Shown: positions 10,806-23,229, numbered from the stretch's first letter. The stretch is DNA of 64,000 bases from Balanoglossus misakiensis (GCA_040954595.2 CM082584.2:2449344-2513343); one strand, 5' to 3'. Notes: generated from the letters alone by a model not told the origin. Program-made: numbers and translations.

Positions 10806-12903
10806 ATGGATGTCACCGTCAGTAATGTATCTCTCAGCGAAGATGATATCCCAGGAGCCAGCTTTGATGGTATTGATCCAGCAACGCTGAAAAAGGACAG
10901 GCTCCAATTTTGGTTAAGATGTAGGGGTGACACCCTGAAGAACTTAAAAACAAAGGCACAGTTGTTGACAAGGCAAGTAGGGGCTGGGTAAATTGTTTTT
11001 ACGTGTTCCATTTGGTTTTGTTGATCAAACAATATAATAATAAATTATGGTCAAATAAATGAAAATGCATGTATTGCAAATAATACTATTAAAATAACAA
11101 TATTGAAACATTTGTTTTTTTCTGTAGAATAAAGGTGTACATGGAAAATGGAACTGATGCAAAAATTGTTGATCCAGATCCAAACAAAAGCTATACTAAG
11201 ATGAAGATACAGAAAATGAAGGCACTATCATCAGGCCAAACTCCAGCAAATGTCATGTCAGCTCCTGTAGCACCTGTTGGACTGTCCACTTCTTACCCAA
11301 AAGATGGGTGGGGCACGTCGTTGCTAGGATTGCCTTTGTTCACTAGAGCACATATAAATATCCATCTCTCAAAAACAGGGAAGCAAGGAAAAGGGGATGC
11401 TGAGGATAATCACCCAACTAATCAGCAACGGGGAAAAGTGTTCTTTGAAGAAAAATATATCCATGATGTTATGACAAATAAAGACACAAAATACTTTTAT
11501 TTTACAGCAAGGTGTAACCATAGCTACAAAAAACATGCAGAGCCACATAGACTGAAACTAAAGCTTGATCTTCTGGATGGTAATGTTGTACATGCTAACT
11601 GTACCTGTAAAGCCGGACTTGTAGGCTACTGTAATCATACCCTTGCATTATTATTTCTGATTTCACAATGCTCTTTATTTGATTTAGAGGATGTTCAAGA
11701 GTTTGTAAATATTCACTCAAACATTACTTCTCCAACCTCTAGATTACAAGTGTGGCACCATAGAAACAGAGGTTTGGGGGTTTTGCCAGAACCTGTTACA
11801 AGTTTGGCCATTCGCAAAGTTAAAGTTGATAGTGGTGAGTCAAAATATGCTGTGACTTCAGCATTGTATGATGCCAGAAGAAATCCAAATCATGACAACA
11901 GTGCTGAAAAAAGTTCAGAGAAAGTCTGAACCAAAAAAATCCACTGTTTGGGTTTGCGCAGTGCCAGGTCATGCCTGATGTATCATTAGTTGATACCAAA
12001 TTTGGTAAAGTGCCAAATGGCTCAATTTTAAGCTATCAAACACGACACACAGAGTGTAGTTATTCTGTCTTTTGTGACATATCATCAGTACCAAGACTGC
12101 CATCTTATAATTTGTTAATAGATTTAAATTCTTTTCCTAATTTACCATACAAAGAAACCCCTATATATGACATTAAAATTAACAATGAACAGGAACATGC
12201 ATGGTTTCAATCAATCAAATGTAACAAAGACAGAGAAAATATGATTGAAGCAGAGACAAGAAAGCAGTCTGTCAGTGATAAGTGGTTTCTGTATAGAAAA
12301 CCAAGGCTGACTGCATCAAATTTTCACGATGTATGTATAACAAAAAGAAATCACGATGCCCTGTGTAATAGCTTATTTAATTCTGAAAGTTTTACAAGCA
12401 GATATACTGATCATGGCAAAAAATATGAAAGTGAGGGGTTGATAAAATATGCCAAATACATGAATGACACAGATAATTATGTATCTCTACACAAATGTGG
12501 TCTAGTTATAAACCCCTCGTATTGTTTTCTTGGTGGTACACCGGATTCGAAAGTGGTCGATAGAAAATCATCTGAGCCATATGGTATTGTAGAAGTTAAA
12601 TGCCCAGAAACAAAGAAAAATGTCACTCCGTTGGATGCATGCCTTGATCCAACATTTTATTGTTATGATGACAATGGGCAGCCAAGGTTGAAAGTTTATC
12701 ACAGATATTATCAGCAAATTCAGGGACAAATGGCAGTGTGTGGGCTGACTTGGTGCGATTTTGTTATATATACATTTAAAGGGCTCAGCATTGAGAGAAT
12801 CATATTTGACAGTGTATATTGGCAAGAAATGTTGACAAAACTGGATGTTTTTTTTACCGAACATTACATGCCATTTATCGTGACGAGAGAACAAAGTGCT
12901 TAA
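10806..12903 (+). CDS. ISL2EU accessory protein: SAP-like motif + SWIM zinc finger + YqaJ/lambda-exonuclease-like PD-(D/E)xK nuclease; one frameshift
   Basis: Exon 10806-10972 (LQFWLRCRG..LKTKAQLLTR) joins in frame to 11128 through a GC-AG intron. SWIM motif CTCKAG..YCNH. One base is missing in the A-run at ~11907-11912. YqaJ motifs: W..YRKPRLTASNF, HGKKYE, GTPDSKV, VEVKCP, YYQQIQGQM. Confidence 0.88.
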
Positions 12904-13064
12904 CCATATTTTTATTGAATGTAGTTGATAAATGTAGTTGATGTTTTAAAAGATGTAAAATGCGTGCATGGTTGAAATGCAAATAAAAGACGTATTCATC
13001 AATTTAATATTTTATTTTATTATTCACATTACAGCTGTGCCACATCAAAGAACAGACAAAATCC

Positions 13065-14712
13065 TCATGCACTTATTATAGGATTCTGTACATTACACAA
13101 TAGTGCACTTACAGTCCACATTTCATTTACAATATTAAAAAGTGATATAGGGACAACTCTGTCCCAGATATGAAAATTCTTAACTTTATTAATTGCCCTT
13201 TCTACATGTATGCGCTCAGCAGCAATTTTTTGTGTTTCTATAACATCTTCTGCACTCATTTGGTCACGTTTCTCTAGAAATGGTGGAATATTCAGAGACA
13301 CACCTTTAGGCCTCAAGAGGTCAGCTATGGTGAATCCCTTGTCTGCCATTACAGAGTCACCGTGGTCAAATGGCATATCCAGTAACCCTGATCTACATTC
13401 AATTTCTCTGTCAGATATGGAGCCAGTATATAAACTGCTGACAAATGTTACAGCTCCACTTGGAGCTATGCCTATTAGCCCCTTAAGTGTTACATGGTTT
13501 TTGTAATTAGACAATAATTGTGAATGTAAAGTCAATGAACTGGGCATTTCCACCCTAATTTCTGAACAATCAATTATGATGCAGGTACTTGGGTACTTCA
13601 CTGTAAATGATGCAGGCATGTTTCTTGTGATACTGGCTTTGTCTTGCCAAATATTAAGGTGACCCAGTTTCAAGTAAAGGTAATTTATCCAAGTTATAAA
13701 TATTCTGCTTACAGTTGACATTGAAATGTTAAACAGAAATGCCAGGTGACGCTCAAAGAAACCCTGCCTTAAACGACACAAAGTAAGAAGAAATTCATCA
13801 ATTGGCCGTAGGGTCCGAGGGCGACCCATTTTCTTGTCTGCTTGGCTTTTATCAGTATCATGTAATTTATTTGTTGAATTCCAGTAGTTAATATTTTCTC
13901 CCACTTTACCAGGGTCAATAAATTCAAAGACATCCATTAACGCCAGAAAATTTGGAAATCCTGTATAAGATGAAATTACCTCATCACTCTCTTTCATATT
14001 TTCAATGTTGAATTGATTACTTTTCAAATTCTTTATTTCTAAATCCTTTTTAATTAAATCCTCCCTCAATAGTTTTACTTTTTCTTTAAGCATTTCAATG
14101 GTTTTTGCATTTGAAAACTCTACATCAGCAATTTTGTTAATAAGTCTCTGGTTTTCAAAAGTAAGTCTTTCAATTTTTTCAAGGAGTTGCTGTTCATTCC
14201 TATGATTTCCAGATGAGATGCCCAGATGTTATTGGTCAACTTCATGACACCCAAGTGTCTGTTGATGAAGTACTTCAGTGCTTCCCAGCTGACATCTCTC
14301 GTGAAGGTCTCCTGTGGTGGAATCACTTACAGTAGACAATTTACCACTTGGATGCATGCTGTGATTTTCATTTACCTCCATCAAAGTATTTTTCTGTGGT
14401 GCTGTTCTTGGTGTTGGTAACTTTCGTGCTTGTTTTGTGGATGTCCATTTGAACTGTGATGGTACAGCATTCGGTTTGAGAAAATATTTATTGGCAAGGG
14501 TTCTTGATATGTCCTCATCTGTGAAATGCCTTGAGCAAACCTTTGTGTGATGTGTTATTTTGAAAAATTTTCCTTCATCCCTCTTGATTTTTGTTATCCA
14601 TTGTTTTCTTCGCATTTTATCGTTTGGAAAAGAAAAAAAGGAAATTTTCTCCCCATTCTCTCCTCTGTACCCAGCTCTTGTACAGAACGGTACACAACAG
14701 TTATGAACCATG
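13065..14712 (-). CDS. ISL2EU transposase: THAP + coiled coil + HTH + DDE_Tnp_4-type domain; one in-frame stop
   Basis: THAP (CCVPFC..FFSFP..W..KVCSRHF..NAVPS). TAA at 14229-14231 is followed by the same frame continuing into ORF 13065..14093 (FLLTLCRLR HTH; IIDCSE, MADKGF, RIHVERAI triad). Confidence 0.92.
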
Positions 14713-15023
14713 ACTGAAAAAAAAAAAACATTCATTCCATTGAACATGAGCAGTTATCAAAAATTATCATAGAGATCACGGTCACCTTTTTAGTACTAGT
14801 GTACAATCTGACAGTTTTATATTCACAGTCCCTTCGAAACTTTTATTCAGTACTGAAAATGCACACCACAATATCACATTATGGCATAATGCCACCTTGA
14901 GACTAAATAGTACCACAAATTATAGTTTTATTTACTGTATATCGACTTTTATTTTTTTTTTTGCTGAGTCGATCGAAGTAACAGTTACACTAAAACCCAA
15001 GTAACCGTATCGCGTGCTCTTTT

Positions 15024-15329
15024 TCGGTCGCTCCAAAAAAAAATTTTGAGATCGCAAAAATTGAAAGAAATTCACACTTTTTTTGCTATAATATCTCAGA
15101 AGCTAAACAAGAAGGTGCTTAAAATATGACTGAAAACAAAAATACAGCTGCGAATTCGAGAAATTCTTACCTTGAAAAGTTTTATCGGCGTCGCCACTTC
15201 CGTCAACAAACCGCTGAGCCTGTGTTTACGAGCTGTCATCAACTCATCAGGGGCGTACACCCAGTGGCCTCGCTTTGAGGTCAAATTCATGATAGCCACA
15301 AGAGGGCGCTAGACTTATGAAACCTGTGT
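15024..15329 (-). repeat. Right TIR of ISL2EU element
   Basis: Reverse complement of 10214-10510. Confidence 0.92.
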
Positions 15330-16984
15330 ATGATTTGACTGCATTGATTTCTTCATGTAAAAGGCCCGTCCTTAAAACAACCCATGAAAATATTCCCTCA
15401 TGATCTTCTGATAAAATTTTCCGAATAATTACATATGGCAAGCCATCACACCTGATTATAACCCATTCCATATATGTACAATAATCTCCACTGCCCTCGT
15501 CATGATTAAAATATTGTTTGATTTTTGCAAGTTTACCAATGTGATTAAGAATTTCTTTCACTGATTTGAAACAATTAGGATTTACAAAAATAGGAGACAT
15601 AACATAAATATTTGCTTTATTTGCTTGTTTTGGGGGCTTTTTAACAATTCTGGAAGTTTACTTTCCCATGTGAGCAACCTTTACTTCACCAACACACTCA
15701 TGCAAAATGGTTCCCTTCGAATGCCACAACCTCGACACTTAGCAATTCTCGATTTGCCCTTCGTGTGGGTGAAACCACACTTGGGGCAAATCTCGACGCT
15801 GTCAGTCTGTTGTTTTTGTTGTAAGTATGTGTCAATAGAGTCAGTCTGTGGTGCATTTTCTACATTAATAGTGGCTACAGAAGATAAAATTAAATCATCA
15901 ACATAAGAAGCAATGGACTCTTTGACAACTGAATCAAACTCATCATACTTGCTGCCCTCTGTATTGGAAACATCTGTCTCTGAAACCTTCTGCCACTGAC
16001 TTGGCTTCAACCCAGAATCATATTGCAGTGATGATTCTGGGTCCAGCTGAGAAGCAATAATGTTAGTAAAATATCCAAAGTAACTGAATTACCATTTCTG
16101 TTAATGTAATTTTTAGAAAGATGTTGTTCATTATCAAAAGAAAATTCAACTCACCCCTCAGGTGCATCTGGAAAATCAAAATTACCTTTGAAAAGAATAT
16201 TGTTAATGACATCATAACATGGGCCTGCTGTTACGTGGCCCATGAGATCAACTGCCAGGCGACTTCTGGTCAAACTAAATAAAATAACTTGAATTGCAGA
16301 AATAAAACTACTCACAAACTTAGGATTCCTGGCAGTATAAAGAAGTTCAACGGCATGGGCAAGATATTGAGTGTTATTTTGGATTCCAGTATTTGGCATA
16401 CAAATCTCCTCAAGAAGGAAACCAAGACAAGATTCCATTATGACAATAGATTAGGTAAATCTATGTCTGATAAATTTTGAACAGACTACCTGTCTTGGTT
16501 TTGGCAGAGGAGATCTGCATGCCTGTAAATTTCTAAATTTTCTAATTTCCCAATTTCCCTTACAGCTTCCACCCTCTCTTCCCTTGTATTAACCTCCCCC
16601 CGATTTCCCTTTTCAGTCTCTCAATTTCTTCCTCCAACTCTTTTATTTTCTCTTTGTCCTGAAAATAAAATAAAATACACATGTTATTCAGAAATGCCAT
16701 TTTGATCATTTCAAGGCCCAAACTGACAGCATTTTCTTTGCATTGATTGTAGACCATTTCAATTACCTTGCTTCTGTCTTTCTCTTCGCCAGTCTTCTTT
16801 TGATTTTTTTTCATGTTCACACTCCTGAAATAAATGCAACAGTTTTAAAACATTAAATTATTATTCGCTCATGTAAGTAAGACCAGTAGAACAATTTTAA
16901 TTAATTCTGAATAGAAAAAAATTGTTACTGACAACTGGACAAAAAACTACTTAATCTGTAGTGTATTATTTGAACATGATTACC

Positions 16985-17134
16985 TTTATTTTATTTTCAT
17001 CCAAATCAAGTCACAACAAACTGTCCTTGTAACTTTTATACTCATGTGTATCACTACAATTTCATTTAATCTCTATATTATAAAAGTTACAAGGAGAGTT
17101 TGTTGTGACTTGATTTGGATGAAAATAAAATAAA
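16985..17134. mobile_element. 150-bp fold-back element / hairpin MITE
   Basis: ~56-bp arms TTTATTTTATTTTCATCCAAATCAAGTCACAACAAACT.. / ..AGTTTGTTGTGACTTGATTTGGATGAAAATAAAATAAA with one mismatch, around a ~38-bp spacer. Confidence 0.75.
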
Positions 17135-17688
17135 CATCTTCGACAAAGCTTCAAAAATTAAGCTTGTTTAAAGGTTTGTTTAGTAAAGCATTGTTGATTT
17201 TTTTTCACCAAGCTTTGAAGACGCTTGGCCAAAGATTGGAATTATAAGGTTTCTCAAAGGTCAGTACAGCTTAGGTTCAACTAAGGCTAGTAATAAGAAG
17301 CTTCAGCGAAGGTTGGCACACGACACGACCCCTTCAGCAAAGGTCGGCACGCAAACTCTTGTAGCAAGCTTCAGCACAAAGCTTTTTGCAACATTGTTCC
17401 AAGCTTTGTCCAAGGTACTGCACAATCGCGTGTGTAGAAGGTGCCAAATACAGGCGTTGCATGTATGATAAGGCTGGGCAAATTCAAAATTATGTTTGAC
17501 GTCAGCGTGCGCCTAGGTTTACGAGAAATTTCGCAAATACAAACAAATATGCAAATGAGGTCAAACGGGGTCATTGATGTCATATGTCTGTTCGTCTCAC
17601 TATGTCCTCCTATCGACCGTGGTTGTTGCATGACGAGAACGTGTCGTCTGTAGGTTTCAAAGTCGCCTGTGGGTAAAATTGGAGAAAG

Positions 17689-19075
17689 ATGGCAAAAGAT
17701 GTTCATAAAACGAGAGTACGCGAAATTATAAGTTGCAGAGTTACACAGAACAAGAAGATGGCAATAGATTGGTATGCCTTCGAAGTCAGTCCAAATGACA
17801 GCTTCGCTGCGCTGTACAAAGGGCTAGTTCTCCTTAGTCAGACTAAACACGATCGGTTCAAAACAAAAATTGCAAAAGATGGCAGAACGTCTTGTTACCT
17901 GTTACAGTCGGAAAAATGTGGTGAAGGTGAGAAGATAGAGGTGTGTCCACGATTGTCTATCGCAAAAACGTGTGATCGGTTCCACAAGTATTACATTCTT
18001 TTTGATGTAAAATCAAAAGGAGACGAAAATACCAACGCTGACGTAGTGCAAACTCAGAAAGATGTTAATAGACCAGTCAGAATTATGGAGGTACCTCCAT
18101 GGTCAGAATGAAAGGTGATTTCAAGGCTGTCCATGTGATCCAAGGTTAGTAAAACATTATTTTATTTACAATTTTGTTGTATGTCAGTGAATAAATGTTG
18201 TGTATGACCATACTGCAGCCCAGAACAAGTTGTCTGAGCCAATTTTTTGCATTCCACATATAGACTGAAAACAAATTTGCTAAAATAAATTTTGTTTGAG
18301 TAGAATTACAAACTCTGATTTTTGTATCATTTAGTAGCACAGAACTTGGCACTATTCTGTTATAACTCTACAGCTTTGCCTTCTGTAGTGTTGGCCTAAG
18401 TAAGTACAGTTTATGCTGTAGTACCTGTAAAGTCATGTAAACATCCATTTAATTTATACTTTTTTCTTTGCAAAAGATCCTGTTCCGGATGAAAGTGGGG
18501 ACCACTTTGAAAGGTTTACAGAAGTCCAAGGCAGACCAACACGTGAAATTAATTGCCCCAGCAGAAAGGGACTGGTACTTGATGCAGAAAACACCAACTT
18601 CAGGCTGAGTGGTGAAAAGTTGGAGCTGTGGACTGGTGCCCTGCATAGATTGCAAAAAGCCCGGGTATGGTAAAGCATTGTATACAGTACTATATTGGAC
18701 ATTTTAATATCCATTGTAAATTGGATATTCCTTTCTCATTTGTCAATTTACCACACTGCAAGCCATACAATGTAGTAAATAATGTGTATTGTGAAAAAGT
18801 GAAGAGAAAGGGACTGAACCTCGTACACTGAGACATTAACAGTGTCTTGTTATGTGTTTTCTATGTATATGTACATGTATATTAAAAAATTAATACAACT
18901 AAGACTTCTCTGTTTTTTATTTCTCTTTGATAGGTGTATTTATCTGCAAAGAGGCTTGATTCACAGCAAAAAAAACAGCAACTTCAGGTATTCCTAGATG
19001 ATGGTCTTTATACCTGTGGCGGGGTACTAGTAAAACCAAGTCATCCTCTCTATGGAACGTGTGTTGTGAGCCAGA
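17689..19075 (+). pseudogene. Internally deleted spliced transposon-associated gene with Cys-rich C-terminal exons
   Basis: ORF 17689-18111, then AG/GT-bounded pieces at ~18477-18665 (DPVPDESGDHFERFTEVQGRPTREINCPS...CIDCKKPR) and ~18934-19075 (CIY..KRL...DDGLYTCGGVL). From memory this pattern resembles the C-terminal part of Zator-related proteins. Confidence 0.4.
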
Positions 19076-19684
19076 ATCAGAGTTAAATTTGTTAAATTTT
19101 CAACTGTTAAATTTTCAACAGTTCCACTTCGCCAGAAAATGTTGTGTTTTGACTGTTTTCATGAGCAAGTTGTACAGAACTGATGGACTTCATCAAATGG
19201 AAATTGTGACTGTCAAAATGTTTGGCTGAAACTTTTTTCAATAAAATTGTTCAACTGATATATGCGTATGTGCATTAATATTGAATTTACTGTTTACTCA
19301 GTATCTTTGAACGTGACACTGTAAACGTCTGTGGAATAATTTAGATGTAAAATATGTTTAAAGTTTAAGGACAAGGGTTTTCTTCAATGGATATTTGCTT
19401 TCAATTTCTCATAATATCTCATTTGCATATTTTGGAATATATAATTAGTTTGTTTTGTTGACCACCCCCCCCCCCCCCCCCCTCATAGGTTTTGGGGTCT
19501 TGGGGTGACGTCAAACATAGTTTTGAATTTGCGCAGCCTAATAGAGAGGTTCGTCTACACGTTATATGCGAACGTGAACGCGCAACGTCACGAATTTCTG
19601 TTATGACGTCATCAAGTTTTGTGTAAAGTTTGACGTTCACATAAAAGACCGCGTTTTTACATGGAGATAGATGTTTTCACGTTA

Positions 19685-21018
19685 GGCCAAAAAAAAAAGA
19701 GTTTTGTTTAGCGTCCAAGCAAAATCTCAAAATTGATGCGGTGACGCGGCTTCTTTTTTTTTTTTTTTTTTTTTTTTTTTTCTTCTTCTGCGAAACAAGA
19801 ACAGCAAATATTTCTTTTATAGTCCAAAATTAAGGGGGGATTTGGTCAAAGTAGGGGGTAATCATGATTTGCATAATTTATGTTAATTAGGTAAACATCA
19901 AGGAATGACAATTTTGAACATTAACTTACTAACTGCCTAATTCCATATTAAAAACAGCATAAGTAAATTACAACATTTTACATGTGAACTTGACAACATA
20001 TTAACAGTTACAGTTTTTTCTACTTTAAATTAGTAGATTTTGCAGAGGAAGACAACAGCTTGCATAACTTTCAGGGCATGTAATTTAAAAAATGCTGGCG
20101 AGCTGAAAATAACTCTCCTGAAATTAATTACACAAGTGGTAGGAGAGTGACTGATTAACTGCTCCCCTGGCAAGTAGAGTGAAATGAATAAAATAAATGC
20201 AACTGCAAAAACAATAGTGTCTTTCTTTAATTTTATACCTGAGAAAAAAATTTCTTGTTTGATTTTAAAAGTTTCAGTTTTATAGCTGCCAAAATATTAG
20301 ATTGTGAAACCATTAATAGTTAAATAAATTGAAGTGGTATATATTCCTTCAGATTTCTGCCTACACTTCCCCATCTGTGGCTAGGCACACTACTCAAATA
20401 AACAGTCTCTGTACATATTGAATGACTTTCCTTCCTAAGTAAGAAAACAAGGTCATGGAAAACTGATACATTCTTGATAATCGCCATGGCAGGAACGCAG
20501 TTTCTTTAATTTGCATAAAATTGTTACATTCTGCCAACCCAATTTCAAAAGTCGCCATAACAACAAGTTCACTTGAGTGCAGAGTGTGTGCTCTAAATTT
20601 AGATGGATCCAGATAGGCTGTTCCAACAATTGCACACTATAGCCCTGGAGCTAAATAACACGCAATTGAATGTGAAAGTCATCTACAACATAGTTTTGGG
20701 GGGTGGGAAGTTAAAATGTATAGGCCAGCACGCAGTAATATCGGCCGTTTTCCCAGTGTTTTGACTGACGGTGTCTACTATGGAGGCTTGGACGCGCATG
20801 TACTGGCTGGGTGGGCTGCTCACGAAGGGGCGATTGTCGCCCCCTGAACTTGTTACAAGGGGCGCTTCAAGTGTAAAAGAGGGGGAATCGCGTGATCGCA
20901 CGTCCTGGAGAAAACACAGTTGATTTCCGGGTTCGAAAATTACGAAAAAAAAGCCTCGACGCGCATGTTTAAAAGTGACGCGCGCGAGGACGCTAAACAA
21001 AACTCTTTTTTTTTGGCC
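19685..21018. mobile_element. 1.33-kb non-autonomous TIR element with TTA TSD (PIF/Harbinger- or Zator-type)
   Basis: TTA|GGCCAAAAAAAAAAGAGTTTTGTTTAGCGTCC ... GGACGCTAAACAAAACTCTTTTTTTTTGGCC|TTA. No coding capacity seen. Confidence 0.85.
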
Positions 21019-21649
21019 TTAGTTGCGAACGTGAAAAGTTATTCTCATTTTGGGCAACAAAAATTCATATTATCTACGAAATATGTGTATGCCTTGTTAG
21101 CTTGAAATCTCATAATGACAAACGAAAACGCATTTATTTCTTTTTAGTCATTTTATGTGAAATTTGGTCATCAATTTGTAATGTCGCCCGACAGTTGAAT
21201 CCCTAGTTGCAGTGCAGCGACGCGGAATAATGATGTACACGCTCAAAATTCGAATACAGAGTGCGCGTTCCACACAAACAGACGTTGACGTAAAGCCAAA
21301 TTCTTTTCCATAGAGAGGTTTAGTTACACGTAAATACGCGTACGTCTGATGGCAGGCAGTGGCGTTCGCGTATGCGTAGTGACGCGTGAATTTTGCAGTT
21401 TAGTTGTCCGTTTTGAACAGCTCGTCTCTGATCTTCTCGACAACAATGTGTTTTACTACTCAGATAATGAAACAGCACGGCAACAAATCCTGTATGTGGT
21501 GGGACGTTTATCAACAAGACGCAAATGGTCCAAATCCTCAAGGTCAAAACGAAACGACAACAACACCGGTGCCGCCAATAACACCAAGTCACGCGAACGG
21601 CAGCAGTAACAACAACAATGACATCAACGACAGGTACGGAAATTGTCAA

Positions 21650-23229
21650 GTTTCAAATGAAGAAATGGTTGATTTCGTTAGGCACCAAATCCCAAAGAAC
21701 ATAATCAGAAAACACCGAACTGACATAAACCAGCTTCAAACTTGGCTTAATTTGACCCAGTCAGAGTATCGTGAAGTCCATCTTATCCCACCACACGAAC
21801 TGGACAACTACTGAGCAAATACCAGAAAACGAGATTGAACTGAATATGTAGCCCGGAGACCAGGGCGTCGAAAAGAAACGCCCGGTGACAGTCTCTATTT
21901 ACGCACAGAATTTTGTGCGCAGAACGACACGGGCGGTAAATCTTGCATGTAAGCTAATTGGTCACTCAATGTAAACCAAATGACATCATCGCATTCTAAA
22001 TAAGAAAATAGAGGCGTGAAATTCCCGCGATGGGATGTGGGAGTGGTTTTGAAGGAGTATGAATATTCATAACCAAGCTTTGTTAATTATATCATCCAAC
22101 CACTGGCGCCCGTCAACATTTGATAGATCACTCGTTATCCATTCGTTACTAAGCGACCCTGATCGTAGCCGGGGCTACTATCTTTCAGCTCAGCATGACA
22201 TTGCTCGACTGTTGTATTTTAGATCGACGCCCTGGTCTCCGGGCTACTGAATATGAGCCAGCGACAATGCACAGTTTCCTGAATTCAATCGACCGACTAT
22301 TACGTGAAAATAAATATCAGTGGAATATTAAAACGGATGCTCTTTTCGAGGGCGCTAGACGAGTCTTCGCTGCTAAAAGAAGAACCTAAAAGCTATGGGC
22401 TAGGGCAACGCACCCAATAAAACCGAGCCACTAACTGCCGACGACGTCGATGCACTTTACAATACTGGACAGCTTGGTATGCATCGCCCAGCAGCACTTC
22501 AGAATACCGTGTGGTGGTTTCTAACAACCCAGTTCGGCCTACACCATGGAACTGGGTGATATTGTCGAGGGCACCGAAGTCATCGATGGCGATATCGTGA
22601 AATATATCGAATACAACATCGAGAGACAGACAATAACAAGACAAGGAGAAAACCCACGAAACACGAGAAAAATAAAGCCCAGAATGTACGAAAATAAATC
22701 AAACCCAGAACTGTGTCCGGTTGCAGCTTTTAAGAAGTTTACCGAAATGCGTCCAACGTCAATGATGGCTGCCGTTAGTCCAGTTTACCTCGCCGTAAAT
22801 CACAAATACAATGCATCTGACGAGAACAACTGGTACAAGAATCAGCGACTGGGCATCAACTCCCTCAGAGGCCTGATGAAAACTATGGCACAAGCGGCGA
22901 ATCTTAGCAGTAAGAAAACGAACCATTCAGCTCGGACGACCCTAGTTACAGAACTGAACAACGTGGATGTACCCTCGACTCATATCATGCAACGGACAGC
23001 ACACAAGAACGTCAACAGCATCACTCACTACGCCACAGTGTCACAGAAACAACAGCTAAAAATGTCCTCCATCATGAGCAACATGAAATCGGCCCCATCG
23101 TCAACTAGGCCTAACCCGCAAACGGACACAACAACTGCACAGTCATCAGATGACACCCGTAATGTTCATTCAAGTTCACTGTTTGGCCCTGGTCAAACGA
23201 TAACGGGCGGTACATTCACTTCAGTATAA
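21650..23229 (+). pseudogene. Crypton-type tyrosine recombinase (DUF3504 / KCTD1-ZMYM-QRICH1-related) pseudogene
   Basis: EYEPATMHSFLNSIDRLL, LQNTVWWFLTTQFGL, ERQTITRQG, CPVAAFKKF..RP, WYKNQRLGINSL, TNHSAR..IMQRTAHKNVNSITHY (H-x-x-R ... H ... Y catalytic arrangement). Contains stops, frameshifts and a MITE. Confidence 0.85.
21849..22246. mobile_element. 398-bp MITE with 23-bp perfect TIRs and 9-bp TSD, inserted in the recombinase ORF
   Basis: CTGAATATG|TAGCCCGGAGACCAGGGCGTCGA ... TCGACGCCCTGGTCTCCGGGCTA|CTGAATATG. Confidence 0.92.

Larger units (their letters stand above)
10214..15329. mobile_element. ISL2EU-type DNA transposon (PIF/Harbinger-ISL2EU-Spy group), 5.1 kb, near full length
   Basis: ~300-bp near-identical TIRs (10214-10510 / 15024-15329), flanked by AT on both sides (10212-13, 15330-31). 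Encodes convergent THAP-HTH-DDE transposase and YqaJ nuclease genes. Confidence 0.9.
9910..16825 (-). pseudogene. Decayed multi-exon Academ-like transposase gene, interrupted by the ISL2EU element
   Basis: Minus-strand pieces at 16560-16820, 16151-16438 and 15681-16010 (CPKC..CRGC), and 15330-15600 (WVIIRCDGLPY...TGLLHEEIN, like Academ 'D.PLY...G.LH.EM'). Continues beyond the insertion at 10213-9910 (..DFAISQGF..KKCSDHH..). Confidence 0.5.

Noticed and set aside
11971-12903. Phage or bacterial contamination (YqaJ viral recombinase)
   Set aside because: Gene has a spliceosomal-type intron and lies within eukaryotic ISL2EU TIRs beside a THAP transposase.
10215-15328. Alternative boundary with TA TSD for the ISL2EU element
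   Set aside because: The flanks are palindromic, so both fit. AT is preferred because ISL2EU is described with AT TSDs; not resolvable from one copy.
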